Source of the DNA: Diplonema japonicum | Taxonomy: Eukaryota > Protista > Euglenozoa: Diplonemea | Length of the DNA stretch: 64,000 bases | Assembly: GCA_964019335.1 (NCBI GenBank) | Contig: OZ025655.1 | Coordinates: forward strand, 744,001-808,000 | Direction: 5' to 3' | Part shown: in pieces, positions 42,678 through 55,900 of the stretch | How the letters are laid out: every line of letters starts with the position of its first letter | Numbering within the stretch: the first letter of the stretch is position 1 | The notes under the pieces: model-generated | Told to the model about the DNA's origin: nothing | What the model saw: the letters and a program-made list of their open reading frames with translations, nothing else | The model's database searches: none | Program-made: the position numbers and the translations under genes

Positions 42678-42731
42678 CTCTGTGTGTGGGTTACAAGGAC
42701 GAAGAACAACCGGCAAAGATACATAACATTG

Positions 42732-43100
42732 TTAGTTAACTGAAAGAGTAAGGTCTGTCTTCAGATACCCGACCTCCTTCTCGTGGTAGGTGGTTGTGTA
42801 GTCCTCCTTCGAGGGGAGGATGGGTCGCGTGAAGCGAGAATCATCCCAAAGTACAAGCCAACCAGCTGTTTCCTCTATCCACACACGCCTTCCTTGGATG
42901 CTTTTCCACGAACAGGCTTCGATTGTTGCCTGCTTCCCATCTAGCTTGTGGCAATGGTGCCCACAATCGTAAAACCCTACGACACCCGACTTTTCCCCGT
43001 CCTTCCCTTCATACCCGGAGGCATATGCATGTTTTGCAACCACTGTACTGCCCTCCACCCACACAGCCCACAGAAACACAACTATGACTGCCCTCAACAT
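42732..43100 (-). CDS. Small secreted hypothetical protein
   Basis: Signal peptide MLRAVIVVFLWAVWVEG; 122 aa. Confidence 0.65.
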   Translation of the reverse strand: MLRAVIVVFLWAVWVEGSTVVAKHAYASGYEGKDGEKSGVVGFYDCGHHCHKLDGKQATIEACSWKSIQGRRVWIEETAGWLVLWDDSRFTRPILPSKEDYTTTYHEKEVGYLKTDLTLSVN

Positions 43101-44235
43101 GACGGGGGGGGGGGGGGGGGCACCTAAGTCCGGAGTGAATTCAAAAATACCGCAAATCTCTTAATCTTTTCCCGGAAAAAACGTGACACCCAGAAAAGGA
43201 GGACCTAATTTTTCCATGACGTCCACCCCCCCCCCCCCCCCCCCCCCCCGGGACCTTCCTTCTAGACGAATCTTATTTTGTTTTCATTTTGTGTTTGTAT
43301 GCTCAAAGTAAGGCAGAAGACGCCTAAGGAGGACTCAGAATCACAGCAGCCGTCGGTAAAAAAAAAAAGAAGAATGATTGGAAATGCATTGCAAGCATCA
43401 AGTCCTGTACAGCGAGGTACCTTATCAGGGCACACTTTTTCCGGGGCACTATTAAGAGATTTACAGTAGTTAAAAAGAAATATTTGAACAAATAAGGAAC
43501 AAAATGAAAAGGGGGGTATAAAAAAAAGGGGGGACACAAGCTGATTATTGGAAAGGGTGAAAATGAACCAAGGAAAAGGGGGGTGACCAAAAAATTAAGG
43601 TAGGAGGATGACCAGGGGGGAGGGGGGGTTTTTTTTCCGGGGTCGCGACAACACTGACGTCAGGTGTTTGGATATTCGGGTCAAGAACAACTAGGGCAAA
43701 GATTATGACAAGATTTCTAGCCAATCTCCCCTAAAAGGTTGTTCCTAATTGCCCCAATTTTCTTTTTTTTCCCCGAACACAAAGCCTGCGCCTCACCTCT
43801 AAGAGTCCGAGTGAATTATCGACTAAAGGGGCTTTTCAGGGGGGAAAATTCAATGAGGGTTTAATTCAGCGCACTTCTGAGATGAGGCGTTGTTTTTTCT
43901 TTGTTGGGAAAAAAAAGGGGGGGGGGGGCTGCAACCAAAAAGAAAGAACAAAATAGTTTCGTTCATTAGAACTCTAGAGGGGATGGGGAAAAGGTAAAAT
44001 TACCAACCGGGGGAGAAAAAAAAGAAAAAAAGGTAAAAAAAAAAATGAGAAATCAACGCTATAACACCATCGCTGGGTGGTGCTCTTTAGAATGGGGGGG
44101 GGGGGGGGGGTTTCTCTTCCTTTCTTCTAGAGTTGATTTATTTCTTCTTTTTTTCTTCTTTCTTTTTGGTTACAGGCATGATTTTTTTTTTGAAAGAGCT
44201 AAAGCCCTAGAAAGAACGGAGGGAGGAAAGGATCT
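43101..44235. repeat. Homopolymer-rich low-complexity island
   Basis: G17 at 43104-43120, a long C run at about 43225-43248, and further G, A and T runs. Confidence 0.8.
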
Positions 44236-44239
44236 AATC

Positions 44240-47222
44240 CTATTTTCTCTTCTTCACCCTGAGCAGGCGTCTCGTGTTGGGTGTGCTCGTCCCTGCGAAG
44301 TTCGGCGGTGGCGATCTGTAGCATGTGACGTGTGGCCTTTGCATACCCTGCCTCAACCCCGAAGCTCCCTGACGCCCCTGCGTTGAAAGCAAAGCCCCCT
44401 GTGTGCAAGTGAAAGAGTTTCTATTGTGATAGCGTACCATCTGCCCCTGCGGCTGCCGCTGGTGCTGCAGACCCCGACGTCCCTCCAAAGCTGTGGTGGT
44501 TTTGGTATCTCTTTTAATTTTGTTTACCTGAAAGAACCGCCAAAGCCCCCCGCCGCAGGGGGCGTCGCCTCTGCCCCTGTGGTGTCTGCGATGTTTGTGC
44601 GTTATGCTACATACCAGTCGCCCCGAAGGCCGACCCAAACCCACTGCTGAACCCACCGGTGCTTGGAGCAGCCGCAGCTGCAGGTGCAGCAGCGGCAGCA
44701 GGTGGCGTACCGAAGCCGAATGAAGCAGCCGAAGCTGCAGGTGCAGCAGCGGCAGCAGGCGCCCCAAATGCAAAGCTGGAGGAGGAAGCAGGCGTTTCAG
44801 CAGCTGGCGCTGCCCCACCGAAGGAGAACCCCGATCCAACAGTGCTGGCAGATGACGCCGGTGTGCCGGTGGCCGCGCCAAAGGACGCACTGCCCCCGAA
44901 GCTAAAGGCGCTTTCCGTTGCCGGTGCACTCGAAGCTGGAGGTGCACTGAAGGTGAAGGCACTTGAGGTTTCTGCTGCTGCAGGGGCTTCCTCTTTTTTG
45001 TCAGTAGCACCAAAGCTGAATGCGGAAGGTGCAGCTGCAGAGCTCGACGCATCGCCAAAGCTGAACACCCCGCTTGGTGCAGGGGTGCTGGTGCCAAACG
45101 CTGCTCCCGTGTCGGCCGCCGGGGCCGACGATGATGCTGCCGCACCGAAGAAGCTACCCCCCGTTGACACGGTGGCCCCAAAGGGGCTGGGAGCTGTTTT
45201 GGTGTCAGAGGAAGAACCGAAGGAGAAGGCGGATGGCGTTGCTTCTTCTTTCTTCTCTTCCGCCGGTGCACCAAATGAGAAACCTGACACAGGTGCATCG
45301 CTCTTGCTGTCGTCCTTTTTGCCGTCGAAGCTAAACGAAGCCGCGCCGAATGGGCTGCTCGAACTTGCGCTCGATGCAGCGCCGAAGAGATTGGCGGGTG
45401 CTGCGGGCGTGGCACCGAAAAGACCCGCGGAGGCAGCCGGTGGTGCCGTGGTGGTAGCTGCGGGTTCGTCTTCGTCCGAACCTGCATTGTTTGCGAAGCA
45501 GTCATCGTCGAAAGTCACTTCAGTGTTCGAGGACTTGGGCAGACCGAAGACAGGGGTTGTAGTTGCTGTAGTTGAGGTGTTAGTAAAGCCAAACCCCGTA
45601 GCGGCAGGGGCGGGGGCAGTGGTCGTGGAAGCAGGAGTAGAGATGCTGGCACCAAAGGTAAACCCCGTTGCAGGTTCTGTTTTGACATCAGCAGGCGGCG
45701 CATTGTCATCGTCGTCGTTAGCATTGGGGGCGAAGCAATCGTCTTCGGTGGGCACAACTTCTGCACTGCCGCCGGCAAAGCCGAAGGGTTTGGGCTGCGC
45801 TTGCTCCTCTTTTTTGTCTGTTTCCTTTTTATCTTCCTCACTCTTCGCACTGGACCCGAAATTAAACAGCGCTGGCGCAGGCCCATTGCTGCTAAGTGGC
45901 TTGTCGAATCCCGTTGCACTGCTTTCTTTTTTATCAAACGCACTAAAGCTCACACTCTCAGTTGTGCCACTTCCGCTACCGAAGCTAAAGCCTGTTCCGA
46001 ACCCAGTCGCAGGCTGACTTTCGTTCTTTTCTTCCTTTTCTTCTTCCTTCTTTTCCTGTTTCTGGTCGTCTTTCTTCTCAAACGAAAAACCAGTACCGAA
46101 GCCACCACCGAACCCCAATGCAGGAGTGGCGTCAGTCTTCGTCTCACTGGACTTCTGGTCATTTTCATTCTCATCTTGCGTGTCATCTTTCGCCGTGTTG
46201 AAGGAGGGGAGCCCAAAGCCCATGCTCGCGTCGTTGGCTGGTGTCGGGAAAGAGATGGAGCCGAAGTCACCCTTAACACGGTCGTCACCTTTGAAGGAGA
46301 AGGCATCGTTCAGATCTTTGGAGGGCTCCTTCGTGTCCTCTTTGGGGGCGAAAGAGAAGCTTGTATCGCCAAAGGACTTAGGGGGTGTTGCTTCGAGGCT
46401 AGGAGCACCGAGCGGCTGGACGGGGGTCGTAGATTTGTCGATGGTGAGCGGTGTCTGCTTGGCCTCAACCTTGTTAGGGGTCGACGTGATAGGGCGGTCG
46501 CTGGTGGATGCCTTGGGGAGCTGTATTGTCTTGAGTTCCTCTTTCCTGTTCTGGATGTTTGAAGTCACCGCCGACAAGGTCGCCTTCGCACGCTTCGGGG
46601 GTGGTGTAGGTGCCGATAAGAACGTGGCAGGTGCTGCGAACCGCTTCAAGTAGTTCATTACGACGTCGCTCTGGTCGTAGGGCGAGGTCCCGGGCACCAT
46701 CACCACGGAACCGTCTGCCCTCTTCGCCCTCTTCGCTGGAAGAGCCAAACTGTCACCCTCACGGTCCCGCTTCTGGATCTGCTCCTGGAGCCTAGTGATT
46801 GTCGAGTCCTTTTCAGTGATCAATTTTTGGTGAAGCTGGAGTTGTCTCTGGTGCCTCTTGAGTTCCTTCCTGCTCTCCTCTAAATCCTGCCGCATCTTCT
46901 CGTTGTCAAGCTGGAGTTGTTGGACCCGAGAGCCATCATTCCACGTTTGTGCCTGTGAGGGCATCGTTGTAATAGGGCTGTATGCAGGGGGTGTCGGGTA
47001 GGCCGACCCGAACGACAGCCTTGACGAGGGTTCTACTGCGGGCGACGAGTACTCCGTGTACGCCCCTCCCGACCGCCTCCCGTTAAAGGGCTTTGATGCT
47101 GTGTACGAAGGCCGACCCCTGCCTGCAGGAGACGCTTCGCCAGTGGTGACCTTGTCTTCCTCATTCTTTTCTCCTTTAAAGAAGCCAACAATACTGTTCA
47201 GCACACCTGTTGGTGTCGACAT
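44240..47222 (-). CDS. FG-repeat nucleoporin with Nup153/Nup1-type organisation
   Basis: Many FxFG, FSFG and GFG repeats in a Ser/Thr/Ala-rich region. Four 3' introns (44577-44614, 44491-44527, 44399-44437, 44316-44346) restore a C-terminus NTRRLLRVKKRK*. Confidence 0.85.
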
Positions 47223-47363
47223 TTTAAACCCTGTATTAAGTGGGACAGTACGCAGTGCAGCGTTTACAATGCAAGACTGAACTAGCAACACTTGCAGAAG
47301 AACGTTGGGCGGTGTGCAGCCATTGCTCTGCTTCAACATCTCACATGACACGAGGAACCTGTC

Positions 47364-47934
47364 TTACTCGTCGTCCTTTTTGGGCGTCGGTGCCATCATG
47401 TCGTCGAAGGCGTCCTCTGCCGCCTCCTGCTCCTCGACATCATGCACCTCCTTCGCCGCACGATCAAGCATTGCCTCTTCTTCCTTCTCCATCCTCTCGT
47501 TTTCCCCGCCCTCAGCATCGATCCTATGTGCCGTGTGCTATGTCCCCCGCATACCTTGTGTTCATGCCCGCGAACATGCACATCTCAGCAAGGTGGTCCA
47601 GTGCTTCATCCACATAGTCAGAAGGAGGACTTTCGTATCCGTTGTCATCAGCCTCTTTCGTCCCTGCTTCAACTTTCTTTTCCTCACCTTCTTCTACTTC
47701 TTCTACTTCTTCAACCTCCTCCACCTCCTCCTCTTCCTCTTCTTCTTCTTCTACCTCTTCTTCCTCCTCCTCCTCTCCTACCGTTTCCCAATCATCATCG
47801 TCCTCCTTGTTCTCTTGTCCCTGTGTTTAAATGTCTTCATTCTGCTGCCATACTTTTTTTTTTGCAGCCTTCTTCTTCTTCTCGGGCTCCTCTGCCTTCT
47901 TGGACTCCTCTGTCTTCTCGGGCTTTTCGCTCAT
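47364..47934 (-). CDS. Small highly acidic (Glu-rich) protein
   Basis: MSEKPEKTEESKK...AKKK|GQENKEDDDDWETVGEEEE...MNTR|IDAEGG...PKKDDE*, with introns 47821-47853 and 47524-47554. Confidence 0.75.
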
Positions 47935-48002
47935 TATTGCTGTGATAACTCTGAAGTGGTTGCTATGCACCTAACTATCTGCAACTAACTACATAGTACA
48001 AC

Positions 48003-48449
48003 CTACATGGACATGAGCAAATCTCGGTACGCAGTAGGTGTTGCAGGAAGATTGCCTTCTATTAGTGTTTGCACTGTGGTAGGTGATTGTGATTGTGGTT
48101 GTGATTGTGGTTGTAGTTTGCTGTTGTAATTAACGTGCGCTGCGACCTTGTTGAGAATGCCCTCCGTCACATGCGGGGGCAGGGACAGCACGGTGAGTGC
48201 CGTCTGCAACTGCTCCATTGTCACCCTGTCAGCCATCGTCTCTTCTAGCTGCTTTCTTTTCCTAGCCTCGTCTTCTGTCATCTGCAATATTTTCAAAATA
48301 GCGCCCTCTCGTGCATGTCTGGCCTCTAGCTCCATGCGCATGTTCATCAAATCACTACCCGCCGCTTCAATATGCAGCCCCTGCACCTCAGCCATCCTCT
48401 TCAGCGCCCTCGCCTCCGCCGCCCCACCGGCATCTGCATGTGAATACAT
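48003..48449 (-). CDS. Small coiled-coil hypothetical protein
   Basis: 148-aa ORF, heptad-like helical composition. Confidence 0.6.
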   Translation of the reverse strand: MYSHADAGGAAEARALKRMAEVQGLHIEAAGSDLMNMRMELEARHAREGAILKILQMTEDEARKRKQLEETMADRVTMEQLQTALTVLSLPPHVTEGILNKVAAHVNYNSKLQPQSQPQSQSPTTVQTLIEGNLPATPTAYRDLLMSM

Positions 48450-48860
48450 CCTGCTAGACGACTAGGCAGTACAGAGGGAACAATTCCTGATGTAAAAAAA
48501 GGAACCTTTAAAGACAAACTGACCAGTCAGCCCATGCAGATGGAATCGCTCGCCGGAAAGAGGTGCGATCGCGGGTAGGGTGGTTTGGTGGAAGATCCGG
48601 CTTCAGAGGAATGGTCCCTCAAGGGTTTACGGGTTTAGAAAGACACACGCTGATAGGGGAGAAGTGTTGGCAACAGTCTACCAAAAAGAAAAAAAAAGAG
48701 AAAAGGTCAGACGTTTAAAGAAAAAAAGAGGAGTCATTCAAATGGCACGTTACCATCACAACTCGTCATTTTCATTGCTTTTCGGAGATAGCAATTTTCC
48801 CGAAAAAAGGGCCTTTTCTTAGAAAATCTAAAATAAATTAAAAAGACATTAGATTTAAAC

Positions 48861-49607
48861 TTACTGTTGTTTGTTGTGGGATCCACGCTCCTTCCAAGTG
48901 TAGTAGGAGCCCACTGCTTCGTCCGCATAGTAAATGCCGTTCACGAAATGCAGAACGGCAACGATAGTCAGTGTCACAGGGTGCAGGTGTTGCGTGTTGC
49001 CTGACCACCATGACGTAAAGGCGATGAAGGCGTAAATGGACATCGAGGGCCCGCGTATCCACTGCTGGATCAATCTGTTCCAGAACTTCTCGTCCATCTT
49101 GGAGATGTAGCCAGCGTTCTTCAAAATGAGCAGCACGTAGTCCAGGCCACCCGGCAGGCCGGAGAGGAAGAAGCACCCGAAGTTATTTGCGACGCCACCT
49201 TGCTGCTTGAAGAGGATGCCAAGCGAGCAGAGCGTACTAACGAAAATAACATGATGGACAATGTCCGATCTCGTCACTTTGAAGGCAACGCAGTGGTAAA
49301 CGTGGATCGCACAGATCGCGTTGTTTGCAATCATTGTAAAGCTCTTCCCTGTCCATGCCATCTCTGGTTCTGTGAGCCCGCGCCATACATCGGGCGCAGA
49401 TGCAATACACACAATTAGGTTCACCCATGCATGCAAGAAGAAGTACCGTGACTTATCACTAACTAGCCTCGCCACCGTCATGTCCAACACGAAGAGGATC
49501 CCAAGCACACCCCCGATGAGCACAAGGTCCTCGTTCCACCCATGCAGTGCACCTCCTTCTTGAAACACGGGCGACAATGGTTCCGGCGATAACCACCCAA
49601 AATCCAT
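48861..49607 (-). CDS. TLC (TRAM/LAG1/CLN8)-like membrane protein
   Basis: YFFLHAWVN, IHVYH, DIVHHVIF, FFLSGLPGGLDY and HFVNGIYY; about 6 TM helices. Confidence 0.7.
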   Translation of the reverse strand: MDFGWLSPEPLSPVFQEGGALHGWNEDLVLIGGVLGILFVLDMTVARLVSDKSRYFFLHAWVNLIVCIASAPDVWRGLTEPEMAWTGKSFTMIANNAICAIHVYHCVAFKVTRSDIVHHVIFVSTLCSLGILFKQQGGVANNFGCFFLSGLPGGLDYVLLILKNAGYISKMDEKFWNRLIQQWIRGPSMSIYAFIAFTSWWSGNTQHLHPVTLTIVAVLHFVNGIYYADEAVGSYYTWKERGSHNKQQ

Positions 49608-49971
49608 CGTTGTTTCCTGTAATTTTGAATTGCAATATGAAACCGTGGCCTCCGAGAGCTCAGAGAAGGAATAGGTACTTCCTTGGGGGTAGGGGAAGAT
49701 GGGGTTTTACTCTTTACTGTTTCCAGAAAGTGGATTGTTAAGTTGGGGGAAAAAATCGTCTTGGAAAATAAGAGGGAAAAAAAAGAGACGGATGAAGGAA
49801 CGTAGCCCACTCTTTCCCCCCTTTTTCTTAACCCCGTCTGTCGACTCATTCTCGCAACGAAGTCGTGGGGTTTTGGGGATGGAAAACTATTTTTTTCTTT
49901 TGAACATGAAAGGAAAAAGAGAATATGGAAAGAAAAAAAAAAACTATGAACATTGCGGTGCCACTGCAGCA

Positions 49972-52900
49972 TCAGTCGTCGCTGTTGAGGCAAAGGGCGA
50001 CGGAGTTCAGGACCCAGTGCGAGATGTGTTGAGCTGTGGTGTGTGTGTGTGTGTGTGTTGTTGTTGTTGTCATGCATACAAGTGCTAAGATCGGCATCGA
50101 ACACGTGCCCCACGCCCCCTGCGGACTTGCGGCCCTGCGTGACGTAGACGGGGGTGGTGAAGGTGCCAGAACGCTTGATTTTATTCGTCTCTTTTGGAAT
50201 GATGACGAGAACGGGAAGGTTCGCTATGAGTTTCTTCGCGGGTTGTGGGGCCAGCTGTCCCTTCTCCTTGTCCCATGTGGCACCTTCTAAGTACAGCCCT
50301 TTGATATACGCCCCGTCTTCGAGCCTCTCCTTTATTTCGTTCTCGTTGGAGAAGACTGTCACTTCAGTAAATATACTGCTCCTATCCAGTGGCCACCTGT
50401 ACTTCCTGCATGTGGTCTGCACCAATGCTGCGATGAATGAGTCTGGTACCATCAGCCCGCTCAGCCACATCACAACAGGTTCCCCGTCTTTGATCCAAGC
50501 ATCGTACTGCTGGTGCCGTGCCTTGTAGTGCAACATCCACCGCCCCAAGCCTTTGTTGGTGTCAGGTGCCTTCCGTCGCCATCCAGGCGGCAGTTGCCCG
50601 TTCAGCAGCGAACTAGCCAACATGTCTAACTCTGATGACATCCCGATGATGCCGGCTAGGGCCTTCGTCAGCTCCTTCAAAGAGTACACCATTGTAGTAA
50701 CTAAAGCGTTCCAACGCTCGATCTCTTGCAACAGCACAACTTGCACGGGCGTCAGTGCACCGTCGCTCTTTTTCTTCTCTGTGATCATGATGTTCTTTCT
50801 GTCGAAGATTTCAGGTATTTGCACCTGCACATCTTCACAGAGCTTCTTGAGTTTATCCTCTTTGCTTTCGCCACCTCCGGACGTGCCACCACTGCTTGAC
50901 TTGCTCACCGACTGCACAAGGAGGAGATTGGACCACAGAGACTTTGTCATGGTAGTGAGGTACCCGATTTCCGCATTTGGGTGCAATCCGAACACTTCAG
51001 GGGAGTTGTCATTGCGCATTTCCTTCACCTGATTGACGTAGGCGTCACGGGGCATTGTTTGACTGAAGTCTGTGCTGCCAGCAGGCAGGCAGTAGTCGCA
51101 GTCGGCGTCGTGGTAGAAGTGGAAAGGTTGGAAGGTGTCAAACAGGAAGTCTCCAAAGTACTCCTGCAGGTAGACTGTTACGATCCTGCGGTCCCACTCA
51201 TCACTGACCCTCCCGCCGTACATGGCCTCTCCCACGAGGTACCTGAGTGTCTCCCACGGGATCCCCGACTGGTCGTCCCACGCCTTCGTCAAGTACGTGC
51301 ACATAAGCCGCATGGAGATCGTAAAGTCTGTCTCGTTGAAGTCGTAGATGACATTCCATCCTAGTTTCCCGTACTTGCGTCTCTCCTGCACTACAGCGTG
51401 GAAGAAAGCAAGCGTAAATACCAAAGGTCTAAAGGCGGGGTGCGGACACTCATCAAGAGTCTCATCTGTCACTTTGGTGAAGTTCATTGTCATGTTCATC
51501 TTCAGCCCGTCAGGGGGCTCGAAGACTACCTTCAGTGACCTCTGCAAGATGCCCAAAGGAAACCCCTCCGAAGGCTCTGTCGTCAGCCAGAGTCTAAACT
51601 CAGGATGGGGCTTGGCGTCCCTCTTTTCAAGGGTTTTCTCAATTTCTCGCATCCAGTCAATGAGCAAGTGACAGTTCTGTAGCAATACCCAGTGCCCCCT
51701 GGCCGACCCTTGCTCCACGAGATTCATTGCGATAGAACCTTGTCCCTGACCGAGGGAGAGGGCTTTCAGTCTTGAATCCTTCATCTCCATTTTCTGTGCC
51801 AACTTGTCGATCTCCTCGGTAGGGTTGGCACCAGGAGTAGTGATACAAACGATAGGACTGTTAGCGGATGACTGTTGAAACACATCTCGCAAGTCAGGCT
51901 TGTAGGGCACAGCATAGGACGGGCCCAGTTCTGGGGTGGCGGATATGAAGCCACCGACGGCCAAATATACTCTGTCTTGTCGGAAGCAGCGCAGAAGGCA
52001 GAGCTTCTGGAAAGGGGTCAATGAACCGCCGAGGTCACTTGGGATCGTGACCTTTTCACCTTCGGGTGTTTGCAGGTTGAACCAAGCCTCCCAATCAGCT
52101 GCGTTCTTGGTGATCTGGTCGGGTAGCGATTTGAAGACCGTGCTTGTTCTGCTCAGCTGGCAAACGTTGTTCCAGGCCACTTCTGTTATCCATTGATTAT
52201 CAGGCATGGCAGGGAAGTCCTTGTCAGGCAGCAGGCAGCCTTTGAGGAAGAATTCGAGCTCGTCAAGGTGCATGGTGCCGTTGCCCTCAAGGATCCTTGC
52301 CGTCATGAGGAAGGCGAAGAGCCTCACGTGCTTCTGGAAGACACCCATACACACGTATTGGTACAAGCAGCGTGTGAGATACGTGATGATGTTCTCCAGT
52401 CGTTGTTCAGGTTCGAAGTGCCCTTCGGACCTCTCGAGGGAGACCTTGAACACATCGTGCAGGAAGGCTGCAAGTGAGTACTCGTACATCGAGTTTATTG
52501 CTGAAATACCAGCGATGCAGAAAAACAGGATGGCGCCTCTTTTTGCGACGGGGAGGTAATCCTGTCTCGCAATATCAATATTCTTCTTGGTCACCAAAGC
52601 ACTTTCGAGCTTCTGCGCAATGTCTTCAGCCGAGCTCTTTGTCTCCTCCAAGGTGGAGATAAGGTCATCGTTGTCTATGATCTCGCCCTGTGCCAGCGAC
52701 AGCTCCCTGATGAGGGTGTCTTCCAGCTGCTGCAGCGTTTGCTTGTTCTCTGCCATCGAGTGGATCAGCTCTTCACTATGGCGTGCAAGGTCGTTTCTTT
52801 CATTCAAGACCACTTCGTTTAGCAGTTGATCCCTCAACCCGTCCAATGTCACACCAAAGTTAATGACCATCGACTTCCCGAAGATCTCAGGTGTGTAGTT

Positions 52901-55900
52901 GGGGTTCGACAGCTTCGTTGTCATGAACAGCCTGAAGTTGTTGTCGTACTCGATGGACTTGTCGCCTACTCTGATGAGTCTCTGGCCCGATTGGTAGATG
53001 AACTTTTTCTCCAAGATGGGGTCCAAGATGGGATCGATGAACTCGTCCACATTCTCGAACAAGAAAGGGTTCCCGTACTGTATCGCGGCCTCCAGGCGTT
53101 TTGGGAAGTCTGTGGTCGTGTGTTATGTGTTGTCTTCCATACTTGTCTCCGCGAAGGTGGCTACTTCAAACTTCGGGCTATTCTCAAACATCCTCTTGAT
53201 CCACCCGACAGCCTGCTTCTGCGGGTCGATGCACAGGGGGAACGTGGACGCCCTTGTGGCCAAAATGCCGTTCTGAATAGACAGCTCGTCTGATGGCAAA
53301 CCATCCGCATTCCACTTCGATATCAGGACGTCAGTAGCAAGGAGCTTCACAAGCGTGAATTCCTCGTTCTGTGATGTGTTCTCGTGCTGTGCTTCCGCAT
53401 ACCAATTCGATATCTCGCTCTTTCACATCATTTCTCAGGAACACCATAAGCTTGTCTCTGAAGTCGAAGGTGAAGGCACCAAGGTAGCTCAAAAAGCTCG
53501 CGCCAAGCAGACAGTCGCCCACCTGTGTGATATATATGTGTTGTGCAAGAAAATTATACCAGCTTCTTCCTTGACTTCCCCAGCTGATCGAAATCGTCTG
53601 TCCAACGCTGCCTCTCCGACGCCAGTCCTCCGATCAGCCTCTTCGCATTGTTGAGTCGCTTTTGCATGATCCGCGCATCATCTTCCAATCGCTTGGCCTC
53701 TGACTGTCCCCTCTCCAGTCTTTCTGTGAGCATTTCTTTCATATCGTTGAGCGCCCTCACTTCTGCCCTCAGGTACTCCAGCTCCTTCTCAAGCTGTGCT
53801 AGATTCTTCTCCAAACGCTGCACCAACATTTTCTTGGGTTCGACCTTCTTCGCAACTGAGTAGTAGGCCACCAGAGCCATCACCCACCCGTACAACCCAG
53901 CAGCCGCAATTGATGCTGCCTGGATTGACTGGTCATTGAGGTCCTTGTTCCTGGACCTGATAGCGTTCACAGCCGTGATTCTCTTCTCCGTCAAAGAGTC
54001 TTTCGGGAACTTCTTCAGCTTCTCTGTTACGAAGTTGGGGTTTGTAAGGTCAGCTTTGCAGTTGCCCCACGACGCCGTCTTGCCTTGCATCACACAGTAC
54101 ATCTCAGCAACAGCCACGATCTTTTCGGAAGGCTTCGCAAAGGTACGTAGCTCGTCCATGTCCTTCTTCTGAATCTTGTCGAGTTCTTTCTCGGCCGCCA
54201 TGACAGCAGGCATGGCCTCTTCGAGCACTTCTTCTGCTTCCTTCATGTTTTGCATAACATTAACCTTCGTTTCTGCCACCTCCTTCTCTCTTGTTGTCGC
54301 GCGCTCTGACTTCTCTTCAGCATCAGCCTGCTTCTTGGAAAGGTCAAGCACGAGTTCGTCATTGGCGCGCTTCATCTCATCCAAGTGCACTTGCTGCTCG
54401 GACATTTTAATCTGCATCTCCACCACCGTCTCTGCTGCGTCCTTCAGCTTGTCAAGACCTGTCCGCAGCTTGCCTCGCAGCTCGTCGATGCGGGTCCTGT
54501 TCTCATCGAGAAGCGACGTGTAGTTGGAGATGTAATCAAGGAAGTTCTTCGGTGTCACATAGTGCATTCTCTTCATGGAATCCTTGTAAACACCGCACTG
54601 CTCGTCGCAGCTGAGGTGCGTGAAGACCATGTGGTCCACGACAAGATCCTTCAAGTACTGCGGGAAGGAGTCGTCAGCCTGCTCGATTTTCTTCTCCCCA
54701 ATCTCACGAGCGGCGGCTTTCTCTTTCTCAACTTGCTTGCGCTTGTCATAGTCTTCCAGGTACCGGTGGCTCACAGCCTTCAGTGCCTGATCCGGCCACT
54801 TGGTGAACCAATCAATGACAGTGTTGTTCACAAGGGCTGGGAAATTCCTGCAACGCGTCCTGAGCTTATCGCCACTGGGACTCATCGAGAGCACAATGTG
54901 CAGATTGTCGCGGCAACGGGAAACAAAAGTGTTCCACTTGTTCTCCTTTGTGGGTATCATGCCCAAAGCTTCCACTTCAGCAATCACTGCATTGCAGCAA
55001 GTTTCCTTCTCGTCGTCTGCGAACAGCGCTGGCACCATCCCAGAGGCGAGCATGTTGTTCACGGCCTCCAGGAAGCTCTCCATCACCACGTGGCTGTCCG
55101 TAAATAGGAAGACCACCTTCGAACCGCCGCCCTCAACGCCAGCAATGCGGTATAAATCTTTAAGGTTCTCACGGAAAGAGTCCTCGTTGTAACCTCTGGA
55201 GATTGTTATCTCGAACACTGTGGGAATACCCGCTGCGTGTGTCCCAAGGTGTGTCAACGACTGCTTTCCCGACCCGCCCACCCCAACGAGCAGAGCGTTC
55301 CCCCTCGGCAGCGTGAGGATCCTAACTATCCTGACTAGGTGGTCGATGGCCATGTCGAACATCACTAGCGACATCTTCATGGACGGCGTGTTGTACTCGT
55401 CAAGGATGAGCTCTGCGAGGCTGCGAACTGCATCGAAGTTGCCCATGTCGTCGTACAGGCAGAGCCTCTCGTCAGATTCGAAATCGGCGAAGTCCCCGAA
55501 AAGGATGGGGTCGGCTAAAATGGATTCTTCATCTCCTGTGCAGTGCTCGCCTACGAGCTTTTTAAGTTTCGAGACAACAATAAGCTTGTCGTCAATGTCA
55601 GGCATCCGATCATGAAAGACCCTCAGCACCTCGTTGCGCCACAATCTCATTAGCTGCGCGACTGTCTCGAACCTATCTGGCGTGGTCCTGCACAGCCCTT
55701 CGTACACCCTCGAGAGGTCGCGCAAGTTGAAAATATAATGGAACTTGGCAGGTGTGGGCGGAAGTTTTTCGCACAGCAGGTTGTACACGCTCATAGTCAT
55801 CTGACACAGCTTGGGGATCTGTGCTTGCAGAGCTGCCGCGTTGGGCCCTTCGAAGGAGGTGAGATGCGTTTTGAGGATTTCGTTGTAGATCGTCTCCAGC

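Noticed and set aside
43278-43469. Plus-strand 63-aa ORF in the 43-kb island
   Set aside because: Short, includes a homopolymer-derived Lys run and has no recognisable domain.
44659-46653. Long plus-strand ORFs (452, 253 and 175 aa) opposite the nucleoporin, and similar plus ORFs opposite other genes
   Set aside because: Antisense shadows of GC-rich or low-complexity coding sequence with no independent domain signal.
48620-48640. AGGGTTTACGGGTTTAG as a telomere seed or telomerase template
   Set aside because: Only two imperfect units and no supporting structure.
49478-49971. Dynein C-terminal extension overlapping the TLC gene
   Set aside because: Splicing intron 50034-50079 gives the canonical HWVL..VAL.LN ending at 49972; the extension is out-of-frame UTR.
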